64,000 nt of DNA. Origin: Cyanophora paradoxa CCMP329. Lineage: Eukaryota > Plantae > Glaucophyta. The translations under genes and the position numbers were made by a program. Shown here in pieces: positions 33,593 to 48,500 of the stretch (its first letter is position 1; every line of letters starts with the position of its first letter). The notes below the pieces were generated by a model, which saw only the letters and a program-made list of their open reading frames with translations, was not told the DNA's origin and did no database searches. Location: positions 62,001-126,000 of the forward strand of contig QPMI01000493.1 of assembly GCA_004431415.1 (NCBI GenBank), read 5' to 3'.

Positions 33593-36500
33593 GTGCCGCC
33601 CGTCCCGTTGCTCCTCATCGTCCTCCTCCTGCGCCCCCTCGCCACTTCCGGCGCGGGCCCGCACTCGCAAGGTGCGTTTTGACCTAGCCATACCTAGGCC
33701 GCGGCCCGGCGGCCGCCCATCGCCACATAGAGGCTTCAGCTGTCCTTGGCTGTCGACCGTCGGATCTAGCGCCCCCCTCCCCCCCCCCCCCCCCCCCCCG
33801 CCTCCTCCCCTCCCTCCCATGCCCCACCTCTCGCCTGGCCTCCCGCCTCTCCTCCTCCTCAGCGCCGTATGTATCCCACCGCCGTATGCTTCCCCCCTAC
33901 CCCCCCCCCCCCCCCCCAACCCCCACCCCACCCCAAGAGGCGGGCCTCCTGCCTTCTTTCCCCCTTCCTCCCCTCCACGCCAACTCCCCCCCCCCCCCCC
34001 CACCCCTACCCCACCACCGCTTCCCACATCCCATACCGACCCCCCCTCTCCCCTCCCCTCCCCCCTCCAACCCCCCCCCCCCCCCCCCGCATCCACCCCA
34101 TGTATTGTTTCCCTTTCCTCCCCTTCCCCTCCCCTTCCCCCACTCTTCTCCCCTCTCTTTCCACCCCCTCTCTCCCGGAATCACCGTCTTGCTACAGGCG
34201 TTTATCTTGGGCAAAGCGGAACGTTGACCACGAATGACTACATCGATTCTGCGACGTTCACGCTCGGCACGCCATTCACCCTCAGCTTCTGGTGATTGCG
34301 CCTCGCGAGTGAGTATTTGAGTGGGAGCGGCGCTGAAGCTGCTCTCGGTGCAGGATTATGCTGCAGAGGCCGCCAGTCATGTGGACGCGCATCGTAGACT
34401 TTGGCTCCGGAGCTCCGCAAGGTAAACGGTTTATAGAGTTGATTAACTGCTGTTAACGTTAACGGGCAGACAATTTCGTTGTGGTGTACTGTCCCGATGG
34501 CGGCTCCTTCACAGACGGAACGACAGGATCCGCTCTAACTTGCTCGGTGCATCTTGATATTCGCTTCTTGCCCAAGCTGAAAGTCTTGCTGCTTTTCGTA
34601 ACCTTTGCTTGCCTGCCAGGCGTCTGCAGGAAAGACTAGCCTGTTGATAAACCTTTACACTGGGGGAAGCGTGACTGTTTCCGTTGTTTTGTTCCAGGGT
34701 ACGCTCACACGACGTAGCCATCTTATATTCAATTCCCTTGCTCATTTACATGTGCCCCGTTTTTTTATCCGAAGGCGACAACGGAATCCCCGTCGATGGA
34801 CAGTGGCACCATGTCGCGCTTACGATTGCGGATGATGCGATTACGACGTACCTGAATGGAACGCTGCGGCCTCACTCGAAAACGGGGACGAGCGTTGCAG
34901 GTGCAGCCGCTTTGTGGCCGAAGTTGCAGCGTTCGAAGCACTGGATCGCTCGCGGACTGTGGGGCGAGACGGGCGCCGTAGCATCTGCCCTATTTGGTTT
35001 GCTGCGAGTTATCTGATGAATTCGGCCCATCTTGGTACTCAGCTCCGCTGCAGATTTCAGGATCTATTCCGCGGCCCTGGCGCAAGCCCAAGTTGCGGAT
35101 GTCCTCGCGGGAAGTGCGACCGCCGCGCCGCTCGAGCAGCGGCTGGCGTTTGACGGCTGCGGCAATGTGGTGCGCGATTACGCTGTGTATGCAAATGAAA
35201 CTACTCGCGTGTCGTAAATCGCTCATTACTCTCAGGCGCTGGATTCGAGCGTTTGGGAGCGACACGCACAGCTCTACGGGGACGTCTCTTTGCCGCGAAG
35301 CTGTCCGGCCCCTGGTTCGTGTTTCCATCGTACGCGTCGACTCTCGTTTCGCGCCGCTCAAAGTTGTGGGCAGCTTTTTCGGTCTTCTTTTGGGGAAGCG
35401 CGTGGAAAGGCTACGTTGCCGTCCCGACGTTCACGCTTGGCTCTCCCTTCAGCGTCTCGTTCTGGGTCAATCCCCGCAAGTCTCAGACCGCATGGGCGTG
35501 CGTGCTCCCATCAGCATCGAACAGCGATTCTGCAAATATTACCGACTACCTGAATCTGAATTCGAATGCATTTCCGCAGGCGCATCTTGGACTTCGAAAG
35601 CTCCGGCGGGTCTGGCTTAAACAGCATTGTCGTCGGGTTCCTGCCCAAGGGCGCCGTCGTGTCCGATCGGACCATCGCCAACGCGCAGATCACAGGCTCG
35701 GTGGGATCGTTTCGTGTTCTTGCAGCCCAACTGGAAACTATCCTGCTAATGAGATCGCGCGGGCAGGCAAGGGACGGTGCGCTGAGCCTAATCGTGCTCG
35801 CTCACAGCGGCAGCGCCGCTGTCGTCCATCTTGAGGCGTTCGGGGGCGCCAACGCCATCCCGGTATATAGCCTTTATGGTGTTCCCTCGGACGACCGCCC
35901 GACTCTGAACGCCCGCGCGCTGCAGATTGGGGAGTACTCTCACGTCACTCTGGTCTTCACCGCTGCTGAAACTCTCACCTACCTGTAATCGATTCCCTTC
36001 ATTTGTATGCTGCTGTGCGCTTATAGTAATCTGCGTTCCTTAGGAACGGTTCCGTCCGGCCTCACTCCAAGACTGGCAATAGGCTCGCGGGCGGTGCCGG
36101 GTCCATCCCGCAAGTCGCGCGCGAGAAGCACTACATCTCCAGGGGCCAGCAGGGGGAATCGGGCATCGCCGACGGATACCTCTCCGGTTCGTCTGCGAAA
36201 GGCTACTCGGGGCGTAACCCGTTCAAGCTCACAGCGGGCTCCCTCTCTCGCCTAGCCTCGCCTCACGCGTATGTATTCGGGCTCCTCCCAGACTTCCGGG
36301 TGTACAGTAGCGCTCTGTCCGCAGTGCAGGCAGTCGACGTGTACCATGGCGGTGTGGCCGACGACGCGACGCTCCAACTCCGTTACGCCTTCGACGGCTG
36401 CAATCAGACGGTACGAGGCCGTTGTACAGGTTTCTATCCCTGCGCATCTTACTTGGAGACAGGTCGAAGACCTGTCAGCGAATGGGAGGTCCGGATCTAT

Positions 36501-39500
36501 TGTCGGAGACGCAACTCAAATCGGCGGGCAGTGCCAGCAAAATCTTGCGCCTCCTTCCACATGTGCGCTTCTGGGCGCTTTGCAATTTCCCGTCCGCTTT
36601 TGCGCGGCACCTTCATTCCGCCAACATGAGCGGCAGCCCTGGTTTTTGGAGCCAAGCTCCTGCCCAGCAGCACAGTCGAGCAGACTGAGCGGTTCCTTGT
36701 CGCGCCTTCGTTTGAGCTGGGCGGGCCGCTGACGTTTGCTTTCTGGTTCGAGTCCTCTATTATCCACTGGCAACTTCGCAATGTTATTTATATTAATTAT
36801 TATGTACAATGGGTTCTTGTGTGCGTGCAGGCTACGCTTCAACGTGAGCCAAGCGAATCCGAGTGCTCTCTCGCGCCTCTTTGATTTCGGCAGCGGAGTT
36901 GGGTCGGACAACATTGTGAGTACCCGATCGCGCCCGTGGCGACGAAAATATTGATTTTCGCCTCGTGTGGCGAACCGGGAGATCTTGAGCTTCTGCGGTC
37001 CCCCGGGTGCAGTCCCTTCGGACTCGGACTGCGAGGTGCAATCTCGCATTGTTTTCTACAAACGGCATATGTACACGCGCCAGTTTAGACATTAACTTTA
37101 CCATGATAGCGATTTCATGTCAAGCTTGCACAAGCAAGTTGACTGATATCGCGCGCACTGCGCAGCCGCACAGGAAGGCGGGCTCCGAGACCCTTCTGCT
37201 CTCGATGTACGACGGGACCCAGCTGAAGCAGCGAATTCCCCTCTTCCTTGCAAACGACAGCATCCCCGCGGACGGGTCCTGGCACCACGTCGCGCTGGTT
37301 CTGACCCCGGACACGTACTACATGTTCCTCGACGGCGTCCCCCGCCCCAACGCACGGGCTTCGAGCTTCACGCCCGGGACGGGCACAGTTCCCAAGCGGA
37401 CCCGGACCACGCACTACGTCGGCGCCGGCTGGCCGGCCGGCTCGGGGCCGTTCGCGTACGGCGTCGAGCTCGCGGACTTCCGGGTGTACTCTGCGGCGCT
37501 CTCGGCGGCCCAGGTCGCCGACGTGGCGCAAGGCAACGTGCCCCGGGACCGGCCCCCTCTCGAGCTGCACTACAAATTCGACACGTGCGGCGGCACGGTG
37601 CGTGCGAGAGCCACTGTCGTCGCCCCTGACAAGCGCCGAGGCATCACTTACGAGATCGCTCCAGGCGGTGGACTACTCAGGCAAAGGACGGCCGGGAACG
37701 ATGTACGGGGACCTCGGCCCGTCTGTACAGTGCCCCGTGCCCGCCGCCGGTGCTTCTCCATCATCTGCCTTTCAATCCTTGCCCTCGAGTGGCTTTTGAG
37801 GCCTTTCATTTTTGCTCAGGCGCTTATTTCGGAACAAGCGAAATTGGAGGCATCCCCTCTTCAAAGCACAGATACATTGAGGCCCCAGGCTTTGCTCTGG
37901 GCGCTCCATTATCCCTGGACCTATGGTGCGAGCCCTATCACTCTTCGCTTTGTAGCACATTGCTGAGATGATTAGACAGGGTCAAAATTCCACGGCAGGC
38001 CATAATAAGAAACTGGGACCGTATCATGGGTACGCTTTATATCTAGTTGTTCTGTCGTTGCGATTCCTCACTTGGGCATGCGGTCAAACGTGTAAGAATT
38101 TGGCTGCGGCAAGGATTGCAATAACATTGTTCGCCAGAGCTCCACCGGTGCGTTGTAGTACGGTGATTGAAACTAATGCGGTTGCAGGTACTGAACTGGT
38201 GTCCGCCTGGAGCATCTGCACGCACAGCCACGTGCCATGTGCTTGATGCCTTTATTATATGTCGCTGGTTCCATAGCAAAGGGTCATGATCACGGCTCGC
38301 AGAGCACACCAGGCACGACAGGACTGGCCTTGACGATAGAACTGTTCACAACATCTCTGTTGTACGAGACGATAGCCTTTAGGGACGAACACGCTTTCTC
38401 AAAAGATGGATACTGGCACCACCTGACGTTCGTTGTCACGGATAATGAACTCCGCACGTACCGCAATGGCAGCTTCGTGCCACACTTGAGATCGGGTCAG
38501 GCTGGGTCTGTTGGAGCCGCTGTGAACAATAAGATTTTCAGGCCCTTCCAGTATATTGGAGGCAGCCTCTGGGTGCGCAGAGCCCATCTGGACGGGACGC
38601 AGAGCCAATGTTTCCATCATTGCTAATTGTTTTCCGAACATTTCCAGACCACGGAGAGCCCATCTGACGTTTACTACTCTGGTGCGCCTTCCTATTCGTG
38701 CTCCCTCCAAGCATTCTTATAATTATGTTATATCGCTGGCAGGGTTCCGAATCCATTCCGCGGCGCTGACGGCCGACCAAGCCATGGAGGCCTTCATGGG
38801 CAGGCAGCCGGCCGCTCCGGTCGAGCTGCACTACAAGCTCGACAGCTGCGGGAGCACGGTGCGCTCGGTTTGGGTGAGCTTCACGGGGTGCGGGCATTGT
38901 CGGCTTATTTCGGCTTCCGTGCACGCGCACAGCTCGAAGGCACCCTGTCCGGCAAGGACGTGCCCGACTCGAGCGGCCGGGGCCGCTCCGGCAAGTTCGT
39001 CGGCGATATCGCTATGGCCTGCCCCCCTCCTACAGAGGGTATCTTTATTCAGCCCCGATGTCGAACGCGATTCGGTTTCCATTCACTCTCGTACGGCCTC
39101 CAGGAATTCGTTTCGGCACAGCGGGAGGGGCCACAGCCCAGAGGTATCTGGACATGAGCGATTTCTTCGCGAGCCGAACACTCGTGTATCCTTTCTCTAT
39201 CGAAGTGAGTCATTCTGTTTCAGTGGCGGAAAATCGCATTTGCATCTTTTGACGCTTTATAGTCTTGGATATATCCAGAATCAATGCCGGCGGGGTCAAC
39301 CCGATGGGTCGATTTTACGCAGCCCACTCCCATGTCGGGGGTAAACCCATACGACTCGGTGGTCCGCGCAGGCTTTTCGGCCCTCTTTTTCGGTGAATTG
39401 ATACACAACACACGCAGTATTGGTACATGTGCCCGTGCACTCTCGCGAGCTGCTCGTGCCAAGGCCGCGATGGATACTTGGTGATACAGAACATCCACAC

Positions 39501-42500
39501 ATCTGCCGGTACCGTGCAAGGCCTCCGCGCCGCTTACGGGACGTCTTTCGTGCCGGTCCGAACGATTTGACCCCTCGATACGTGATACGTCAGTAACAAG
39601 CATTCTTGACACCCCTTCTCGGGCATGCATATGTACAGCTCCAGCGCTGGACGCACCTCGTCGTCACGTACAGCGCTCCGAGCGGCGGGCAGTCTACTGC
39701 ACGGGCGTACAAGAACGGCTTGCTCGTCGCTACGCAGTCTGTACCGCTTCTGGCATCTATTCAGAGATCCATGGCGTTTGTTGGGCGTTCTTTCTATAGC
39801 TACCCGGTGAGGTCGTTTTTCACAATCCGTTGGCAATGATGATTGCTGCGGCGACCAATCTCCATCTTTGCGCAGCAATATATAGATCCCTACATTCAGG
39901 ATGCAACCATCGGCGGTGAATATGCCAATAAAACACAGTTCCAGCTCGTGTCCGTGACGCGTACCTATTCGCAGCTTTCCGGGTGTACAGCTCGGAGCTC
40001 TCCGCGAGCCAAGTCCGTCTTGCGTACGCTAGCGCGAGCACCCCGCTAGCCGGGCCGGCGCCCCTCATCGTCGAGTACATGTTCTCCAACTGTTCTTCTA
40101 CGGTTCGTTTGCAAACACCCAGAGGCTGATCGATTAGGCGATGCGATTGCGGCACAAAGTCTCACTGCTGCTCAGATAAGCAGGACAGTGCTCACCACGA
40201 CCGGCGAGCTTCCTGCGGCCAAAGTTGTAGGAGATGCGAACGTCACTGCCGTGTGTTCCGAAGCCTATTCTGGGTCCGAAGCAATCGGTCTTCCAGCACC
40301 GCACATTTTATCGGCGATTTCCACGGGCCCGATGACGGTACTTCTGACGGCGAACTTCACGGCTGGCGTCGGGATCGCGACTCTCGACGCGGCGTGCGAC
40401 GCGCCGGGCGCCCCAACGGGAGGCTACGCGGGGTCCGCTTCTGTGACAGACGCAGACGCGACTGGTGCCGCCGTTCCCGTTTCGGTGGAGCTCTCGTACG
40501 GCGGATCGTACGTCGTTTCCTGCTCCGTGAAAGCGCGAGGCCGCACGGGTGGTGTGTCCTTGCCGTCCGCCGTCTTCAACGCCACAGTTCCCCCGGTGCA
40601 TGCGCTCAACAGCTCTTTGAGCCGTGCTCAATTGCTGACTGCATACGTGTGCAGGGCAACTCCATCACGGCTCAAAATGCGCTTCTTCCCTCGGCGAATA
40701 CGGGCGCAAGCAACGCATTCTCTCGCGTTGGTGCTTGGCAATCCGTTGACTTCGAGACGCAAATTAATTCCTCCTGCAATTGACGATCGAGATCTCAGGG
40801 AACGCGGTCGATCCGCAGGAGAGCGTTCGGATTGTCTTCGCCGCTCCGCTCGCGAACTATCTCGTGGGCCAGAGGCCTGCGTCTCACCGTCTCGGATTCA
40901 TCACGCGCACCACGTCGGAATACGCGTACTGCGACTTCGATCTAGACAGCAACCGCTGTTCCTTCGTTCAACGGCTCGCCGATGTGCGCCCTCGAAAGTT
41001 GAAGTGTTTCTAGGCTATTCACTGGCGTGCTGCTTACCCCTTTGCTCGCTTCAGCTGCTGGGCAATGCCGAGCCCACTGATTTTGCGTATTCATCCATGA
41101 CTCCGGTAACTGCACTCGCGCATTTCCTCTTGTCCAACGCCGCGTGAGCTTGTGTCTCAGTGGCCGGCCAAGGACTGCGACGCTCGCTTCGCACCTGCAA
41201 ACCTCACGGCATTCCAGGCACGGAATGAAATTTTTAGAAGCGCTAGCTATGGTCAGATTTCAAATCGCCTATCCGCTAGCAGAGCAACTGGCCTTGGACG
41301 TTGCAAGCTTACGCAAACGCAAGCGATCTCGTCGGCTCGACCGTTGCGGCCGTTCTGCGCCCTCCCTCCGACTGCGCTGGGTTCGGCTGCTACTCGCACG
41401 CTGCGCAACGGTGGGCGACCTACGCGTTCGGTGGCTGCGCGACGGCCCCGTACGGGCCCATTCGAAGCTGGCCGGCGGGCCTGTGCTCGGGCGCCAGACC
41501 CTACGACTTCATGGGCGCAGCCACCGCGTGGACTCACGACTTCCGCCATTTCTACGCCGCCTACGAGCGTACTTTCTACGAAGCAGTGCGTGCTCTTCAT
41601 ACGGCTAAGCCTGTGTCGATGGAGCCTGTCTGTACGTTTGCTGAGCCCCGCCAAAGGTTTCGGGCCTCGCTTCCGCGAGCCCAACGGAAGAGTGCTCAGC
41701 GTTTTTCAGTCACTGCTCTGTTGTTGCATCTTGATTCGACGCAGGTACAACTGGGCTGGAATGCTTGGGAATATGAACCTTTTCACCATTTCGGTAAGAA
41801 GCAATGGATTTTAAAAGCGTACGAATTCGTACAAATCTCAATTGTTTAATTCTCAGCCGACGGGAAGCAATGCAAACATCACCGAGCATCGCTCTCGCCA
41901 CTTCCGCCTCCAGCCCGAGCTCTTTGGCTTCGCGTGGGCCACTCCGGGCGCCGAGACGTCGTCTGCAGTGGCCTTTGGAAGCCATTTCTTTTACGGTGCG
42001 TTCCCTTCGAGTTTGAATTTTGCATTTCCTTTTCATGTGGACGCTCGTATTCACTGATCATGAGAGCAGGCGCCACGAACTGCCTCGACTTCTACGATGC
42101 CGAGCCGTCCGGCCGTACGTTTGAGGGCAACGAGACGGCAAGCGACGTCAGGCGGGCGTATCCCGACATGACGTCGTTCGACGCGCTCCTTTTGCAGGAG
42201 CTGCGGGTGAGGCCCGGCTCTTTTGATGCTTTGACCTTCTCGTTCTGTACTGAGTGTCTCTTCAGTTCTTCCAGTTCTGGCAGCGCGGGGTCGCTTTCTT
42301 CGCTTCTTTTGCCGTGCTCCAAAACAGCAGCAGACCCTCTGTCGTGCCGCTCCTCAAAGTCTGCTCGCTGCCGCTGGGCGTCGCTCTGCTCAAGTTCGAC
42401 CTGGCGGCAATCGCGCCCGCCGGCTTCACCACCTCCGCCGAGTCGGTCTACAAGAGCGTCCCGTGCGTCTTTAATATCCGCTTGCTCGCATTTAGTCGCC

Positions 42501-45500
42501 ATCCGATCGACCACCTGCATCAGATGGCCGCAGGAGAACGGCGCCTTCTTTGCCGATTCGTTCCCTGTGGGGGCCTCGGTGCAGGCTATGCACGCCGACG
42601 GACGCATCGCCGATGGAGGACCAATCCTATACCACGCCATAGTTCGGTGCGCCTCGATGATATGCGCATCCACCTCGCCCGCCTTCGGTATTCAACTCGC
42701 CCCAGGATTCCCTTTTTCCCAAACACATCGGTTGCTGGGACATGCCCCGCTTTGCTCGTGTCGGGCATCTGTGGAGCGCGCGCTGTCGCACACGTGATCG
42801 CAATGTTCACGTGGGAAGTCGACCCGTCACGCTTTGTAGATGCGCCCGTCGGCGTGCGGAGCTTCAACCCCTCCTTCCCTGCTCCGTCCACATACCGCAC
42901 GGCCGTCTTCACGCACACGGCACCGCGGGTCCTCCGCTCCGAGCAGCTCGCGCTTGCAGACCACTGGATTGTGCTCACTTGCTTTAGACGTGTTTGCGTA
43001 TGGTCATTCATTTAACGTCTCAAGCAGGTTCAAAACGAGCGCCCGCTTCATGCTGGATACGGCCACGGGTATCTCGAGGGCCGCTGGGTCGACCCGCCCA
43101 ACTCAAAGTACAGCTTCTGGGTCACCGGCGATCGTGTCACTCGCGTCCGCAAGGCGAACGCCTTCCAGAGCGGGATGGCCGGCCCGGCAGCAAACATCGA
43201 CGGCAGTGTTCAGATATACAAGACCGCGGACTGGCGTGGCACAAGGCATGAGTGGACTTCGGTATGCGTGTCGCCCTGTCGCTGTGCTTTGCAAGCTGTC
43301 ATGATCAGCCGATGAGCTGAAATACACAACCTTGCAGGTGGCGGCCGCTGTATACAAGGACGGCAATTTGTAGTGCGTGTTCTGCCCGCTGCATGCTTTG
43401 CGACTCGTAAAATCTAAGGAGCTCTTCGCCGCAGCGTTGTGCAGGAGGTTCACACGCAGGCGAACACGCGTGTCTTCACGTTCGCGTCGGACCGCAAGAC
43501 GCGGCCGCAATATGTGCACAGCCGCCGCATGAAGCGGGCCGCCGAGCGAGCTCCCGGCTCCCGGCTCATCCGCCTTGAGAACGTGGACGCCAGTGGGCCA
43601 TTCAGCAATGCGACTCACACAAATGTGAAAGTGACCACGATCGTGTCAAACTTCCCGGTTCGCGGCATCTCCCCGGCCCGCCTCGATCGCGACTGACGTT
43701 TCATTCAGGCGAACGTGTTGTACGCAACAGTTGTCGACGACTACTCCAGCGGCCTGATGTTCGAGAACGATCCAAGCGTCCCTTTTTCTGAACTCCCTTG
43801 GGTGCGGCCTATGATCCGTGTTCCAACAACATTTTCGCGAATTATTAAGACTGATTCGGTGGCCAGGTGGTATTCATCATTTCTGAGCCGGCATGCGCTA
43901 TTAAGCTGCACTCGCGCTGCAAACCTGGAACCAGGTGGAACTGGGAGGTGAGGGATTGTCCGTGCTACAGGGCTGGCTCAGGTTGCCTGATTCTCTGCCA
44001 GGCTGCCCTCTTCAACCGCTCTGTCGCTATCGCCGATCTCTGCGTCGACTTGCCTGCCGGTGCTTTAGTTTGACTAAAATGGCCCTTGTCTTGCCTTGCA
44101 CGCTGCGACTCAGGTTTTGCTTGCTTCAGGACGCTACTCGCCGCGAGAAGGCCTCTTACTCGACGAAGATGCCGAGCCGTGCGTGCCGACTCCTCCGCCC
44201 AGACTGTGGCTCGCTCTTCAGCCTCGCGCTAATTCTGGTTTCTGCGACAGCTGTCCGAGTGGAACATTCAGCGGGGCGGGGGCCACTGAATGCACCACGT
44301 GCAGCGCTGGAACGTCTTCGGACCTCGGCGCTTCGGCTTGCTACGGTGCTCAGCCTCCAGTAGTGCATCGAACTTGCATCCCGATTGTTGCGCTCAACCG
44401 CTCTCGGCAGACTGCCCGCAGCACACTTTCGCAATGAAAGCGGGCGACCCATGCACGCCTTGCGCTGAGAATCTTTTCACCCCCTCTGTACGTTTTATGT
44501 GAATCGGCATCTCATTCATGAATTCGTCTTACTGATCCGCTATCCTCTATTAGGCCAAATGGACGTTCCAGTGTGTGCCGTGGTTCGTGTTTTATAAATT
44601 ATGTACTGCTGGTCCTGTCTGTAATTCTGACAGCCATTTGTCCTTCAGCTTTCCCGGCACATATCTCCAGAGAGTGCCTCTCGCGTGCGTGCAGTGTTCG
44701 TCGAACAAGTACAGCATGGGCGGCGCGCTCGATTCGTGCTCGAGCTGTGCGTCTTCTCTCTGATGTGCACATCATGTGATTGCGCTTGGCGGCTTAGTGC
44801 ATACGCATCCCAGGCTCGAACGGGTCGTACCCCACGCCAGACTTGACCGACTGCGCGCCATGGTGAGTCTTTCTTCAAGTTCGATGGCCTCTACTCACGG
44901 CCGTACACGCGCAGTGCGGCGGGGGCACACCAGCCCGAGGAGCTTCAGCCGTGCGAGGCTTGTCCCCCCGGCACTTGGGCTGAGGCGGAGCATTTTGGTC
45001 CCTGCAATACTTGCCCACCGGTAGTCGCATATTTCTTTGCTTGCATAGAAATCAAAACGCTCACCCGTGGGCAGGGACAAGTCACGACGGACAAGCAAGA
45101 CGGATGCACATGGTGCCGCCCGGGTTTCGGCGCTCCGCCGAACGAGACCGTCTGTTTGTCGTGCGATGAAGGTTAGCGCCTTATATGTGCATGATGGAAG
45201 TCATGTCTTCTTCTAACGTATGGTTGTTCTGATAGATTACGCATCCCCGGATGGGAAGGGCTGCAAAAAGTGCGGCCCTGGCTACGTCTCACAGCCTGAT
45301 AGAAAGGTGCTTTCCCCATTTTCGAAACCAGTATTTGCCCTAACCGAAGTTATCGCTCATCGTGAATATTTCTGCAGGCCTGTTTACCATGCCGTGGCGG
45401 TACTGCGGAATACGGGCGCCCTGGGGAGTGCCTTCCGTGCGCGCAGAACGAGGTCGCCCCTTTCGAGGCGTCTTCAAACTGCACGGCTTGCCCGGACGGA

Positions 45501-48500
45501 AAGTACGCATCAGCGGACCAGCGACTGTGCTTCGACTGCCCAGCTGGTTAGCGTGTTGTTATCTGGGATTGCACTGCGGCATGCGTGTAATTAATTTCCT
45601 GTGCGATTCTGTCAGGCACGTACCGACATGGGGCAATGGCGAATTGCGAGGCTGTGCCCTTCCGGGCGGTTGCACTCGTCGGTTCTTCTAACTTCACGGC
45701 CTGCCTACCTGGCTTTGTTCCTGATGGCACGAAAGCCACGTGCACGCCATGCCGAGGCGGTGAGCGAATACGCAATCCTTGCACGCACGTTTGTTTACAA
45801 CAATGGGCTGTACGCAGGCTCCTACCAGAGCGGCGATGACTGCTACCCGTGCCCGTTGAATACCATAGCTCCATCGGCTGGGACAGTCGATTGCAATCCG
45901 TGCGCGGCAGGCTACGTCGCCTCAGCCGACGCGCAGACCTGCGAGCCGTGCCCAATGGGGACGTGGCGAAACGCAAGTATGACCGTCTGCACCCCCGTCC
46001 CAAAGCGCGCCGCAGCCATGCAGGGGTCGTCGGCGTACACCGTGTGCGCAAGCGGGCACGTCCCGGATGGGACCAAGGCGACCTGCGTCCCTTGCCCGGC
46101 AGGCGAGCAGACATTCGTTCATTTCAACATCGATCTCCCTCGAACGTGTCGTAATGCGTGCTGCAGGCCAGTTCCAGCTCGAGGACAGCTGCCTGCAGTG
46201 CCCGCTGAACTCCATTGTGAGCACCATTGGCGCAGCCTGGTGCTCACCATGTGCGCCGGGCTACGCTGCTTCAGCCGACCAGCAGTCCTGCGAGCCGTGC
46301 CCATTTGGCACCTACCGCGCTGCGGACATGTCCCAATGCACCCCCGTTCCGGCTCGCGCCGCCGCTATGCAGGGCTCCGCGGTCTACGAAGTGTGCAGCA
46401 GCGGGAAAGTGCCATCAACGATCCGGTCGGACTGTGTGGAATGCCGCGCGGGGAGCTACCAGCTCGAGGACCAGTGCCTGCCCTGCCCGCCGAATACGAT
46501 CACGTCCGATCCCGGGAAGGACACGTGCGAGACGTGCCCGGAGGGCTACGAGGCCGCGGCGGACAGCCAGAGCTGCACACGTGCGCTGCTGCAGTGCTTA
46601 CTCTGCGCGGGTGATGGGAGCTTACTGACGGGGATTGCATGCAGCGTGCATGGCGGGATACTTCAGGCACGCCCCGATGGTGGCGTGCCAGCGAGTGCCG
46701 GTGGGGTCAGTGGCCCCAGCCGCGTCGAGGAACTACACGGTCTGCGCGAGGGGCACCGTCCCGAGCGACGACCTCGCGACATGCCTCCCGTGCCCGCGGG
46801 GCACGTACGAGAGGGACTGGCGTTGCCGCGACTGCATTGGCGCGTGCTCTTTCAATTTGTTTTCTGGATCCGCACCATCATGGCATGTTGCTTGACACTC
46901 GCAAATGCTTGATCCTTCCAGGCAATTCAATCGCGCCCAACCTGACGATGACGAGCTGCATCGATTGGTTCGCCCACTGCTGACAAGCATCACGTGACGT
47001 TTCGCAGCTTTTGTTCACGCGTCTCACGCGCACAGTGAGCCTGGAACAGTTGCGGATGCGACGCACCAGCAGTGTGCAGCATGGTTCGTAACTCTGTACA
47101 CAATTTCCATGGCTGTGTACTATTCAAGCGTCGATTTGCACAGCGCGCCAGGATACTACCAACCCGACCGGAGTAGTGTTTGCAAACGTTGCCCCGCCGC
47201 GCTCTTCTCCGAACAAAAGCAGTTCGGAGAATGCAAAGAGTGCCCAGCGGTACGCAAGCGCGCAAGTGCTTCACGGCCAATGCAGATTTAGATCCGACTC
47301 CTATTATTGCTTTCGATACATGACTTAGGCCTTCTGTTACAGGGCCAGGTTCCTAACGAGAAGCATGACGGGTGCACATGGTGCAGGTGAGAGGCCTTCG
47401 GCAAAGCTATCCGCTCATGCACCAAAAAGCATGTTTCCTCAGGCCTGGATATGGAAGGCCTGCCAATGCACGCATCTGCCTCGTTTGCGAGAATGGTATT
47501 CCACGATCCCATCCAGCTTTTCTAGATTTCGTCTCGAACCCCTTATCATCATGACTATATCGCCGATACGCTCTCTTATACACGGTGATCACCCCAGACC
47601 ATGCGTCGCCTGACGGCACTGGCTGCAAAAAATGTGAGCCTGGCTTTGTGTCGCCGCCGGATCGTCTGGTACATTGCCCCTCCCAGAGGCCCGCTTCACT
47701 GGAATGACGTCGGAGCAGGCGTGCGTGCCTTGCCGCGGCGGGACCGCGGAGTCTCAGGGGGCGGGCGAGTGCATCCCGTGTGCACAGAATGAAGTCGCAG
47801 CATTCGAAGGCGCAACTAATTGCACGGCGTGCCCGGACGGCGAGTACGCATCAGTGGACCAGCGACTGTGCTTCAAATGCCCTGTCGGTGAGCGTGCCGG
47901 CTCGCATGCGAGTTTCGCGCGCTGGACTGCATTCGTAAGTTTTCCTTTCCAACGCCGCGATGCGAATCAGCCACTTATCGGCATGGCTCAATGCCTGTCT
48001 GCAACCGTGCACCTTTGCGAGCGGTGGCTCTCGAGGGTTCTGCCAACTACACTATCTGCGATCCCGGATTCGTTCCTGATGGCACCAAGGCTTCCTGCAT
48101 AGCCTGCCCCGCCGGTGCACTTTTCAAATCTGTTGAAAGAACTGGGGCTCAAATAGACGTCCCGTTAAAATCGCCTTGCACAGGATTGCGGCAGGTTGGC
48201 GATGAGTGCCTGCCCTGCACGATCAACCACATCGCATCGGCGCCCGGATCGTTTGTCTGCATCCCTTGCAGCCCAGGCACGATCGCTTCGGCAGACACGC
48301 AGACCTGCGAGCCGTGCCCCGTGGGGACTTGGCGGAACGCAAGTATGACCGTCTGCACCCCCGTCCCAAAGCGCGCCGCAGCCATGCAGGGGTCGTCGGC
48401 GTACACCGCGTGCGCAAGCGGGCACGTCCCGGATGGGATCAAGGCGACCTGCGTCCCGTGCCCTGCAGGCGCGATGACAGCTGTTTTATTGCCTCACACA